Shown here one piece after another: positions 28,483 to 40,087 of a stretch of 64,000 bases of DNA. The notes beneath the pieces were generated by a model. It was not told where the DNA came from, did no database searches, and worked only from the letters and a program-made list of their open reading frames with translations. The stretch lies in the NCBI GenBank assembly GCA_965153285.1, contig OZ229118.1; one strand, given 5' to 3'. This stretch comes from Podarcis tiliguerta. Taxonomy: Eukaryota. Each line of letters begins with the position of its first letter. The first letter of the stretch is position 1. The position numbers and the translations under genes are program-made.

Positions 28483-28961
28483 CTTTTAAATGCTTCGGCT
28501 GGGTTTCTCTCGCACTCCCCAGGCTGCAAGAGACTTTGAACAGCAGGATCTCTCAGTTTGTCCTCGAATCCCTGAATCAGTCCACTGCGACAGATTTGGG
28601 CCACTAACCCTCTGATAAAGCCTCCCACACAGAGTGTGTCCGAGTCCTGAGCCCTGCAGAAGTGGAAAGCCAGGGCTTGGTGATGTAAACCCCTTTGCAG
28701 ACTGGCAGGTGAGCTCGGCCACAGTAATTCAGTACAGAGGGCTGTTTTGCCACTACCCGGCCCTCCTACCAGCAACACACCCCAGGCAGCTCCCTTGCCA
28801 GGGACGACGCAAGTATTAGTCCCAGAGTTCAGCACAACGGATGGTTTGTTGGCAGTGCTGTTGCTGCAGCTCGTCTTTTCCTGCAGGCAGTGCTGAAGCT
28901 TGTGAAAAACCCACTCTCTACAATAAAACTGTTTCCCCTGCAGCAAGCTGGTCTGAGCCAT
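28483..28961 (-). CDS. ANKRD50: ANKRD50 first coding exon (CDS part of exon 2); N-terminal P-loop NTPase region with Walker A GGPGSGKT
   Basis: Translation [29 protein letters not shown]...[10 protein letters not shown] is recognisably the vertebrate ANKRD50 N-terminus. Strong Kozak context (AAAATGG). Exon ends at donor AAAAG|GTAAAT (phase 2), which joins exon 3 in frame. Confidence 0.96.
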
Positions 28962-29746
28962 TTTACAGACTTTCTTCTCTGGGACAGGTCAGAAACGACA
29001 GCACATCTTTAAAAGTTGCACTCAAGGCAGGTCCTTAAATCCAAGACGACACGTGCGCAGCATGGAGCTTGGTCACTGGGCAATGCAATCCGCGAACCTT
29101 TCATCCCCTCACATAATGGTCAGTAGCATCTTTGCAAAGCCGAAGAGGCATCTTTCCATCCAAACGCTCTCCTGATTAGCACATGGTGTATTGCCGATCA
29201 TCCGATTTAGAAATAAAGCTACGTTTGATACCAAGGCTCAGAAATACTTCTCATATGGCTTAAAAGGTCATGCAATGCCATGGCTACAGCTGCAGCTTAT
29301 AGTGATGCATTTCCCTCTAATACAGATGATACATCTAAAAAAGCTGAGTTGCTGACACGCACGGTTCCTGCGTGTTCTCTGTGCCTCTTTAGGTTTCCAA
29401 GTCATTCCAAAATATGCGGCTTTTATAACCCCCTTCAAAACGCCGCCCACATCAAGATGCGACTCTTGTCAAAAAAAGGCTTCTTTTCTGTTCCGTGAAT
29501 GTTTACTGAAAATGTATGGATCTGCCTTGTTTATCGAGAAGTGGTTCACTGGAGCCTGTGCAAGCTTCTGTGGTCCAAGGAAGCCCTTCAAATTATGACG
29601 CACCGTGTCTCCAATGAGATGGAAACACTCAAACTTCTTGCGCAGGAGACATTCAGCAAGTGCTCTCTTTGCAGTCTCATGGTCTACTCTCACACTCCAG
29701 GTGTCTCAACTGCAGGTGTCAAAACACTCCCATTTCTGCCCCAGAC
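28962..29746 (-). other. ANKRD50: ANKRD50 exon 2 5'UTR portion (~785 nt)
   Basis: Candidate acceptor gtggtgcttaatttcag|GTCTGG at 29747/29746. Length is consistent with the long 5'UTR I recall for mammalian ANKRD50 exon 2. No repeats recognised in it. Confidence 0.7.
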
Positions 29747-30269
29747 CTGAAATTAAGCACCACAAACACTTGTTAGCTGACATGTACCAGGGTATTCCAC
29801 TCTTAGGTAAATCAACTGAAGCCAGTTGCTTATTAGGGCAAAAAAATAAGGAAGAACCTAGGAAAGAATTCACTTTATGCACACTACGTCCGGCTTTTTT
29901 TAGTATCGGAGGAGCAAAAAAAGGACAAAAACCCCAACCAAGCCCTACTAGCACTGGCTAGATTCACATTTGTGCCCTTTTTGAGCAAGATAGGTGACCT
30001 TGAAGCCACAAAAGAGCCCCCTATCCAATTCTGAAAACTGATATTCATCCAAGGACCCTCCTATCTCCTTCTCTCCCCCCCCCCCAAAAAAAAAACTTGG
30101 TCATCTGAACCTCCCTTGTACCTGCTTCCTATTATGCCTACTGGTCCTGCCGCCCTCCAGCTTTTTCACAGCCGCCTTTGTTCGGGGCTCTGGAGCATCA
30201 GGAGCAAGACAGGAGCCACGTTTCCACTTACCGTCTTCTCTCTCTCTCTCTCTCTCCCCGCCCCCCTCC

Positions 30270-32100
30270 ACCCCAAAAGTCCCCCGGCATTGTTGCTGGG
30301 CAGCGTGCTGTCGCTGTCATCGGCTCGGCTCCCCGCGGTTGGATCCAGCAGCCAGCGACGCGCTCGTTGCATTTGTCCTCGGCTTTGTCTCTTTCCCCGA
30401 CCCCCCCCCCGGGCGTCCCGCACGGCTGGGCTTCCCGTTTCAGCCGATAGCCGAAAGAGAGGAGAAGATTCAGCAGGATGCAACGATCGCTTTCCTAGGG
30501 AAGCCTCCCCGGTTGCAGAGCCTTGAAGTCTTTAAGCTTAGGGGGAAAGAATGGGAAACAAGGAAAAGCGGACTCACTCGAGCCAGCGAGCGCTTGGCCC
30601 GTCTGCTCGCTTCCCAGATCCTCCGCTCCGGAGAGACACACGCCCTCCCTCCCTCCCACCGCAACGGAGGGGACACGCACGCAGCAGCGCCCCACGGCAC
30701 AAAGATCCCCGCCCGCCACTCCGATCGCTTCAGCCCCCACCCTCCATCGCTGCACGGGAGTTGCATACTCCGGGAGGAGGGCGTCCCGCCGCGGCCTCGC
30801 ACCTCTCCGCCCGCCGGTCGGGCTCCCAACTCGGATCGCACGCCTCCTTCTCCCCACCCCCACTCCCACGTTCGCGGGGTTCAGATTTCAAACACTCGCA
30901 GACCCAAAGAGAGAGTGAGTGAGTTCGGGCAATCCCCGCCTGGGTTTCCGACGACGCTGCGCGCTGGCCCCTTCTTCACCTTTGCCACTCATACAGCCTT
31001 CCACGGATCGGGAGGGGAAAGTTGGGGAGGGGGCAGGCAGACAGGCAGACGCGCGCGCCCCGACCAAAACAAACAGAAACCCCGAGAGAGAGCGCTCCCA
31101 CGTTCCCAAAGCCGCACCAGCGCCTCGCACAAGTCCGGGGAGCTTGGCAATCGCGATCGCAAGGCGGCAGGCAAGGATTTGTGGCGGATTGAGACGGGGA
31201 TCCCCCCCCCCCAATTCACACACACACACACACACACACACAAAACAAAGACCTTTGCACGGGGCGCGGCAAGCGTGCAGAGCAGACCCTCGCGCGAGCC
31301 CACCCGCTGCACACGGAGCTTTTTGCACAAGGCAGGCGCTCATCCACACGGGACGAGGCGGCGATTGGCCGGGCAAGAGAGCCGTGTAGACCCGGGCGCA
31401 GCCCCAGCAAAGCTGAGACAGCTGCCCCGCCGCGGAGACTGCCTAGCCCCTGGCAGAAAAGAGGGTCTTCTTAGCTGGGGTTGACACCACCCCAAGGGAG
31501 GGAGGTGGACGCGTGAGTTGCTGCAGCCCCTTCCCCAGCCCTCCTCCACCCAGCCTCTCACTCGGCGAGAGAGAAAACCTCCCTTCCCCGGCTGCTGCTG
31601 CTGCTGCTCAGTTACCTCCCCTGCTGCCTCTCCTGTGGACAAGGAGGCGGCAGCTGCTGCTGCTGCTGGTTGGCTCGTTCCCCTCCCGCCGCCGCCGAAG
31701 CCGCTTTCCCCAAGGCGGGCGAAAGCCCAGACAGGCGTGTCCGCGGAGCTTCCCTTCGCCTCGTCCCTCTTCACTCCCCGCAAGGCCGGCCTTCCGGCCT
31801 CGCTCTCCCTGTCCGGCGCAGCCGAAGCGCGGCCGCCGCCACCACCACAGCTGCCCCCGCCCCTTTCCCCCTCTCCCCGGCCTGATTGGGTGGCTTCGCT
31901 CCGGCTCCTCCTCGGCGCTCGCCTCCTTAGGCCCCGCCCGCCGCCGCCCGCTGGTTCGGTGCTTCGGCCGTGGGCGTGGAAGGGGCGTGGCCAGACGCCG
32001 CTCGGCATCGCCCGAAGCGGAGGGAAGGCTCGGTGTGCTGCGCTCGATCCTCGCAGCTGGCCGAGGACTCTTGAGTCGCTCCTTTGTTTTCAGGAGCAAC
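30270..32100. promoter_or_regulatory. ANKRD50: CpG island / ANKRD50 promoter with non-coding first exon(s)
   Basis: Very GC- and CpG-rich relative to AT-rich flanks. CCAAT box on the minus strand (ATTGG ~31885) and GC boxes (~31932, ~31982). Minus-strand donors GAG|GTAACT at 31616/31615 and CG|GTAAGT at 30232/30231. Confidence 0.88.
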
Positions 32101-32355
32101 AGGCTTTGCCCTACACCTGCCTCTCGGGTAGGTTTACTGTGCTGGTTTCTATGAGGCTCATAGGAGAGCCAGCTCCTTGTTGCCGTGGTCCCTTCATAAA
32201 TATCCCAAAGTTAATGGGCATTGTCATTCAAATATAGTAGCTTAATGGTCAGGGGTCCCTTTACCTTAACCCCCAACTCCCCAATATTTTATTCAAATTG
32301 GCACCTCGGATAAGGCAGGATATAGGATCTCAGCCCTGGTCACTTGCTATATTTA

Positions 32356-32838
32356 ATAGAATTGTAAGGTTGGAACGGACGCGGGTGGCGCTGTGGGTAA
32401 AAGCCTCAGCGCCTAGGGCTTGCCGATCTCGGCAGTTCGAATCCCCGCGGCGGGGTGCGCTCCCGTTGTTCGGTCCCAGCGCCTGCCAACCTAGCAGTTC
32501 GAAAGCACTCCCGGGTGCAAGTAGATAAATAGGGACCGCTTACTAGCGGGAAGGTAAACGGCGTTTCCGTGTGCGGCTCTGGCTCGCCAGAGCAGCGATG
32601 TCACACTGGCCACGTGACCCGGAAGTGTCTTCGGAAAGCGCTGGCCCTTGGCCTCTTTGAGTGAGATGGGCGCACAACCCTAGAGTCTGTCAAGACTGGC
32701 TCGTACGGGCAGGGGTACCTTTACCTTTACCTAAGGTTGGAAGGGATCGCGAGGGTCCAACCTGCTGAGATGTAGGAATCTTTTGCCCAACATAGGACTT
32801 GAATCCACGACCCTGGATTAAGTCTCATGACCTACCAG
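32356..32838 (-). mobile_element. tRNA-Lys(CTT)-derived SINE with CR1-type 3' tail, interrupted by the Sauria SINE
   Basis: Reverse complement of 32785-32836 (GGTAGGTCATGAGACTTAATCCAGGGTCGTGGATTCAAGTCCTATGTTGGGC) resembles vertebrate tRNA-Lys-CTT. Tail resembles the CR1 3' end (CCCTTCCAAC...TTCTAT). A similar tail occurs at ~57373. Confidence 0.72.
32376..32731 (+). mobile_element. Sauria SINE, full length, distinct subfamily
   Basis: tRNA-like head GGACGCGGGTGGCGCTGTGG...GTTCGAATCC; (ACCTTT)n tail; perfect 11-bp TSD TAAGGTTGGAA (32365-32375 / 32732-32742). Confidence 0.92.
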
Positions 32839-33527
32839 CAGTGATTTAGAACCTCAAGCTCAATCGAGACGCTTTAAAAGAGACACACACACCCCTAACA
32901 AAATAATACTACTTCCCACGGAGAAGCCCATCCAGTTTCACTTCCTGAGGCCAATGGTGCCAACTTGGAATAAAATAGGGAGGGGGAATAAGACCCACCC
33001 TGCATAATCGATCACAAGACACAGACACACACACACTATTTGAATGGCAATGTCCATCAACTTGGGGGGGGGATGGCCCCCTCAAATATTTTATGGGGGG
33101 AGGGCAAAGGGTCCTTTATTCCCAAGGAGTTGGCTTCTATGCTGCTCATCAACCAAAACTGGGAAACTGTTGCCACCATCTCTTCTCGCTTCTTCGATGG
33201 CAGTGGCAGCAGTGGGTGGGCTCTACAGCACTCAGGCACAACAGTGGGATCTGTTGCCTCTGAATCCCTGCAGGATCCCTGCAGGAACCCGCCACCTGAG
33301 GCAGTCACCTCAGTGTGCTGCCTTATGGTAATGGCTCTGCCCCCTCCCTACAACAGCATCCTCAGGGTAGAGCTTTTCCTCTGAGAATAGAGGTCTGATT
33401 GTTAGCCTGAATAAGGGCAAGGCTTTTGCACGTTTCCTCATGTTTTGCATGTTATCCATGGCCCTTAACTCCAGGAAAGTGGGTGTGGAATTGTACAGGG
33501 CTGGCACAGCAATCATTCAGTGTGAGC

Positions 33528-33784
33528 AGAAGAAGAAGAAGAAGAAGAGTTTGGATTTGATATCCCGCCTTTCACTCCCTTTAAGGAGTCTCAAAGCGGC
33601 TAACATTCTCCTTTCCCTTTGTCCCCCACAACAAACACTCTGTGAGGTGAGTGGGGCTGAGAGACTTCAAAGAAGTGTGACTGGCCCAAGGTCACCCAGC
33701 AGCTGCATGTGGAGGAGTGGAGACGCAAACCCGGTTCCCCAGATTACGAGACTACTGCTCTTAACCAGTACACCACACTGCCCT
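33528..33784 (-). mobile_element. Squam3-type tRNA-derived SINE
   Basis: Near-identical reverse complement of 54472-54741; (CTT)n tail. Confidence 0.85.
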
Positions 33785-36700
33785 GTTTTGAGGCAAAATA
33801 GGAAGTGCCCAGCCCCTGCTGCTGCTCCTGCTGCTGCCACCAGCACCCTGCCACATCCGCCACTGGCAGAGAAGCACTTCCATCATCATCACCGAATTTG
33901 GATGAGATCTGGTGTGCTTCAGGTGAGGTACTGCTTCACCACTGATGGAGGTGACAGGGCAGGCTGCTGCCTCAGACAGCAAAAACCCTAGAGGCAGTAC
34001 TCCCATGCCCCCCCCCGTCATCTCTTCCAGTGGCAAAGCAATGCAAGCATCAACACCAATTTAAGGCAAGATGGCATCCATTTGGGGTGACAAGTCACCT
34101 GAAATCAGCACCGATGGTGGCACCACTTCTCTCCCAGTGGTGGATGTGTGGCAGGGCATGCTGCGGTGCCAGCTATAGGGGGCAGAAGGGGCTTCATCCC
34201 CCTCAATATTTCTAGGCAAGGAGCTGAGCCCCCTCCCCCAATATTGATGGGGCTGCCATCTCCCGCTGCCTCCAGCAAGCGCCGGCCTGCCAGGCAGGAG
34301 GTATGGAGTGCAATTTTCACCCTCCACACTCCCTGCCATAATCATTGGAGCCCCTTCCAGGAAGGCACTCTGGTGATCTTCAAAGGGATGCCTGAGTGTC
34401 CCCGCAGGCCTGGCCGGATGGTGGGGGGGGGGGTCAGGTGTGTGACATCATGCACGAGCAATGGGCCACCCCAGTGTTGGGCCCAATTCTGCACGCCTGG
34501 GGCATGTTGTGGCAGGCAGCGTCAACAGGTATGGCAGTGGTAGTGGCAGGAGTTGCAGCAGGAGCTGGGCAAGGCAGCACTTCCCATTTCTCCCCCAGCT
34601 GTTCCCCCAGCTGTTTTCCCCCTAGGTTCCTTACTCTTGTCCCAAGACTTATGTCCATCAGCATTGGTGCAGCCTAAAGTAGACCTGTGGTGTCCACTGA
34701 AACGATTGGGACCGGTGTGGGAATTAACTTGTGTGGTTTGAGCTCCACACTTTGGCTAATGCTGCCAATGAAACTTTAGATATAGAGTTAATATGTAGGG
34801 TGCCATCCTGACCTCTTTTGGGTGCATCAGTTACACTCAGGAAGAAGGAGGGGAGGTTCTGTGGCTGTCTGTGTTAGTCTTGCAGGTGCTTTGAGCTGCA
34901 GATTGCATAGCATTCTTTGACCACATGTGAAGTTTAAATGTAAGTTGTGAGCTTTGGGCCTGTATCATTTTGACTTTTTGCTTCACGCAGCCAAATCCCC
35001 TTGAGAAAAAGTGGGTTCCTTGCTGGCCTATGCTATCAAACCACCTTTAAAATAAAATCATGTACCAAAGTCTTTAAGTGTGAGTAACTCTGCTTTTGCA
35101 GTGATTCCTTCATCAGTTCATATCCTGTTTCTAAACTTACGCTTTTGGGGAAGTGAGTAATCGGTTACTCTGCCTTTATAGGCATCCCTGGGTAGCTTAA
35201 CTTGTGTAATTTAAGGCTGTTCAGAGGGATTTTGATACAGAGAAACTGTATTTTGTTTTATAATGATAACTTACCTTTTCTTAGCAGCCACTCATATCTT
35301 TGCAATTTTCTACTCTAAATTGTCAAGAACTTAAAAAAAATAAATCATTGCTGTTCTGAGTGCACTTTTCCCAAAGTAAATCAAGAGCTTTCAATACAAT
35401 TCACAAGTGACTGAGTTTAGGAATGCAGTATAACTTCAAAACACATGCATTTAAGGTGACTGTACTCTGTATTCTTGCTTACGATGATGACGCAACATAA
35501 CATGATATTTACAGTGACTATTTGAAGAGCTTACAATAGTCAGCCACAGAAATTTGAATCAGGCTGCATCAGGTGAGGGTTGAGTCCTAAGCAATGCTGC
35601 TACAGAGTTTCACAGTGGGAATGAAACTTGAAAAGCAAGAAAGGAAGCTGCTTTAGTTATTAAGTGTTTTGCAATGGACTTAAAGCATGCTAACTTATAC
35701 TCTGACATGAATGCCACAAGATAAAGAATAATGCCCAAATATGATCTGCAACAAAATGTTGCAGCGTGGAGTGCTGGTGTTCAGTATTCCGGCTGGTTAG
35801 CCACACTTTTCTGCTGGACACAATTTTCACAATTGACGGCTTATGCCTTTTTGCATCTTTTCCCCCTGAGATTTGAAGGCAAATCCTGTGTAAAACATGC
35901 ATTCAATTTGAAAATGCCTATCTTTCATTTCCTGTCCCACTTTAACACACATAGGGGGATAAATCCCAAAGTAAGATGACAATCTGAACCCCTGATCTGG
36001 ACTGCTTGTGGGCAGTAGGATTCAGCAGAGATGTCCCTTTTCCTAGGCTCTGTCAGCAAGGCACTCCAATGCTATAGAGACCGCTTCTGCGCCTGCCAAA
36101 TGCTGAGCACACTTTTGAGCGAGTTCATACCTCTTTCCCATTTTCCATGATGAGGGAGCAAGTGTACATTGTTTTGCATGTTTAAATAATAAGGAAAATC
36201 TGAGAAAATCCCATTTTACATGTCTCTGTACCTGACAGCTTGCAGGAACAAATAAGTATGGGGAGGTGCTTAAAGTGAGCGCTCACTTGGTCTGTCATGA
36301 GTTGTAGATCTGTATTCACATGATTACATTCTCAGCAGAGAAATCTTAATTACCTGACTCAAGTTTAATTCATTAATTGGCATGCCTAATTTATTATAAT
36401 CTTCCCGTAAACCACTGTGAGGTGTAGATTTCTCGTACAGATTAAAAAGTGAATTGTTTAATGTCAGGTTTCTCAGATACAATCAACAGAATCTTATTTG
36501 ACTTGCCCAGGGTGCAAGTGGAGGTTTGCATGTTTGAATCCTCTCCTACCTCGAAATATGCAAAGGTCCACATACAATTAGAGAAAATGCACATTTGGAT
36601 TTCCCCACCTTCAAATTTCATTTCATGCAAATTGGGCCAAACCCTTTAACCTCGCTATTTTTCACCTGTTAAACTTGAGGAAGCGTGATCACTTATTTAT

Positions 36701-37279
36701 CATTTGCTTTAACAACAACAACAACAAAACCACCTTTGTTCTAATGGATTGCCTCTGTTAGCTTTACCCAGTTGGTGCCCTCCGGATTGTGAACTACAAA
36801 TCCTATCATTCCCAGCCAGCATAGCAAACGATCAGGAATGTTGCAAGGGTTCTAGCTTAGGGAAGACTGGTCTACAGCACACACTGATATTAATAAAGCA
36901 AAGAAACATTGCTGGGAATGTTAACAGGAGCATTGAACGTATATTAAATTTCATTTTAAAGGGCAAGGAGCCTGCTGACTTGAGTCAATTACAGAAAAGC
37001 TGTGTTTCAATTGGATTGTGGCTAATTGAATTTTATAATATGGAAACTGGTGCTTCCTTGGGAAGGCTTTGCCATACACATCAGAAACCACAGAGAATTC
37101 CATTTTGACAGGGAAATCTCCTTATATTTTGGTATGCTGTATTTGAGATTCATCTGAACCTTGACATTGAACAGTAGCTAAGCTGATAAGGAGGCAGCTG
37201 AATGAGGGAAAGAGAGTGGGAGGACTCATAGCTCATTGGTGGAGTGCATGCATTTTATGCAGAAAGTTCTTGTGAATTA

Positions 37280-37852
37280 CCGTATTTTTCGCTCTATAGG
37301 ACGCACTTTTCCCCCTTCAAAAATGAAGGGGAAATGTGTGTGCGTCCTATGGAGCGAAGACGCCATAGCCCCGCTTACCCTCTCCCTGCTGGAGAGGTGA
37401 CGTGCGGCTATGGCAGGAGCCCCTTTAGCTGCGCGCCACCTCTCCAGCTGGGAGAGCGCATGCGGGGCTAAAGAAGCCATAGAAGCTTTCTGCTGCTCCC
37501 CGACCTGCTCTTTGGGGCTGGTGGTGGGCTTCCCCCCGCCAGCCCCAAAGAGCAGGTCGAAAGGAACCTGAAGCCTGGAGAGCGAGAGGGGTCGGTGCGT
37601 ACCGACCCCTCTCGCTCTCCAGGCTTCCAAAGTAGCTGCCTGAAGGCAACTGAATGCACCTTAAACGGCACCTTGTTTTAGAGGGGGGAAACAAGAGGGG
37701 AAAAATTCTCCCCCTCTCTGCATAGCGCCTCCTGCCACTTCGCTGAAGGGGTGCTGGGCAGAGAGGGGGAGATATTTTTTTTCTTGTTCTCCCCCCCTCT
37801 AAAACAAGGTGCGTCCTATTTTCCGGTGCGTCCTATGGTGCGAAAAGTACGG
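37280..37852. mobile_element. Longer member of the same CCGTA-TIR MITE family, opposite orientation, built of serial hairpins
   Basis: TA-CCGTATTTTTCGCTCTATAGGACGCAC ... GTGCGTCCTATGGTGCGAAAAGTACGG-TA, with internal inverted repeats. Confidence 0.85.
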
Positions 37853-38002
37853 TAGATGCTATAGAGCTACTGCTGATAGGAGTTGTACTTGCCCAGTTAG
37901 GGAAGGATGGACCAGTTGCCTTAACTGTTATAAGGCAGATTTTTATGGGTCCCATTGCCACAAGATCCCTGCCTGTAATTGCTCCCCGCTCTTCTCCCCT
38001 TG

Positions 38003-38349
38003 GGGCCGCGGGTGGCGCTGTGGGTTAAACCACAGAGCCTAGGGCTTGCTGATAAGAAGGTTGGTGGTTTGAATCCTGGCGACAGGGTGAGCTCCTGTTG
38101 CTCGGTCCCAGCTCCTGCCAACCTAGCAGTTCGAAAACACGTCAAAGTGCAAGTGGATAAATAGGTACCGCTCCGGTGGGAAGGTTACCGGCGTTTCCGT
38201 GCGCTGCTCTGGTTTGCCAGAAGCGGCTTAGTCATGCTGGCCACATGACCCGGAAGCTGTACGCCGGCTCCCTCAGCCAATAAAGCAAGATGAGCGCCAC
38301 AACCCCAGAGTCGGCCACGACTGGACCTAATGGTCAGGGGTCCCTTTAC
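38003..38349 (+). mobile_element. Sauria SINE, full length
   Basis: Head GCGGGTGGCGCTGTGGGTTAAACC; tail CCCTTTACC; perfect 12-bp TSD CTTCTCCCCTTG (37991-38002 / 38350-38361). Confidence 0.92.
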
Positions 38350-39521
38350 CTTCTCCCCTTGACTGGACTTCTGACAAACCTATCTGACTAATTTACTGCA
38401 AATACAGCCACTATAAATACAATTACTATAAAAGCAGGGTGGTCCTGTGCATTAGCCTTATTTGCATGCCCAGGTATCAAAGGGATGGCTCTTGAAGCAT
38501 TCCAGGACTGGTTAATATCAACGATGCCCCCTGCTGAAACTCAAAATTGATCAGTTGGTGAGCCAACTTCATAGTTCTTGAATATATAGTCAGTCCTGAT
38601 TTCAATTCAATGAATTTTAATATTTTCATAATTCTAACTGACATTGGTTATGAGTTAATTTTTATTTTCTGGATCTGTACAGTCTGTCTGTCAGTCTCTC
38701 TGTGTGTGGAGGGAGTTATTAGTGAACATTCAATGATATAAAGTGGTCCAAATGTTTTTTTATGATTATATTTGCAAGTATAATATATTGCAAATATAAT
38801 ATTGTGCAAGTAATAAAAGTTATAATTGGGTTTCCGCACAATTAATGGAAAGGCATTATCTTTGGCTGGCTCCTCTCCCCTTCTATAGCTTGGATAGGCA
38901 ACTCGTTCAACATTGAGGACTGTAATCATAGTGATGGAGGATGGCACAATAAATTTCTTATTGAAATAGTCTGCGTTTAACACCATCTGTATATTATTTT
39001 TATGAACCTGGTGGAAGGCAAACGGTAGCTGGTAATCTTTCTTTTCTGTAGGTGATACAAATGCAAAACCTTGGCTCAGACTTGAGAAAAATCTAGTGGG
39101 GTGACTAAGAACATAGGGGATATTAAAGCCCATGCCTTCTTCATTCCTGTTCTCATTTTGAAATCAATCTCCACAAGCATAAGCAATTAAAAGAAAGCTC
39201 CTTCAAATAATTAAAATGGTTATGCTCTGAATTCCAATAAGCTGCAAAGAGAAGCCAGAGAGTGGGTGGAGGAGTTTCATTTCACCCTGGCTTTCCCGCA
39301 CAGTTTCTTATTATCCATTCTCTGAGCCACTTTGTGAGAGGAGTCATCTTTTTTTATTCTGTAGCTTTGTCTCCTCTTTTTCTGAGTATTTCTCTCCAGA
39401 TACACAGCTGTGCTTCTTGAGTTGTACAGACTTAGAAGCTTACTCAGTTGTTGTTTTTTCCCTAAACGAGACTATAATTATTCTGTCCAAAATAGTTCAT
39501 CTCCTCCATTCTTAAATGTAT

Positions 39522-40087
39522 TGTTATGAGTTTGTGGGCGCCAGACTCCTATAATCCCCAGATCCAGTAAGTGGTAGAAATTAATCAAGACTTGGGGTGT
39601 TAAGAAGGTTGTCAGACCTCTAATCCTCAGATCCAGCAAGTGCTAACATCTAATTAAGCCAGGCTCAACTGTGTTGAGGTGAGTGTCTAGGTAACAGGCC
39701 ATCAAGAGAACAAAGGATCAAGGGGGCTCAGTGCGAGAAGACAAATGGGTGGAGTCCCCCTCCTTCAACATATAAATCCAGAGTTTAGTGTAGAGAGGTT
39801 ACAGCAATAATGTGACTTAGCTGTAAGGCAGCAAGCCAGAGAGGCAGAGCATGGTACCTGATGTCTGTTTGAATCCAAAGCTGTGGTTATGGGAGAAACA
39901 GGACCCTTTTGGAGTGTTAATGCTACGAACCCCTCCATTGTAGGCTCAGGTTGCATAGATGTGTAAGTAAACCATATATCCTAAAGACACCACAGTCTCT
40001 ACTGTGCCTCATTCCTAAAAGGAAACACGAACCCTAGCCTCGAACCCCTGAATTTCACACCGCTTGGAGATTGGGGTGGCGTGCTAA
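39522..40087 (+). mobile_element. Probable solo LTR
   Basis: Starts TGTT. Internal direct repeat CAGAC..TAATCC.CAGATCCAG.AAGTG, TATAAA at ~39771, AGTAAA at ~39966. Flanked by GTAT on both sides. The 3' CA terminus is degenerate. Confidence 0.55.

Noticed and set aside
30116-32237. Many long overlapping ORFs (up to 381 aa) on both strands
   Set aside because: Low-complexity Pro/Arg/Gly/Ala products crossing microsatellites; expected from stop-codon scarcity in a CpG island.
32785-32836. tRNA-Lys gene
   Set aside because: Deletions around the anticodon, degraded 5' end and an attached CR1-type tail indicate a SINE head.
33440-33991. 183-aa ORF similar to the ORF at 54459-54707
   Set aside because: Similarity comes from two copies of the Squam3 SINE.
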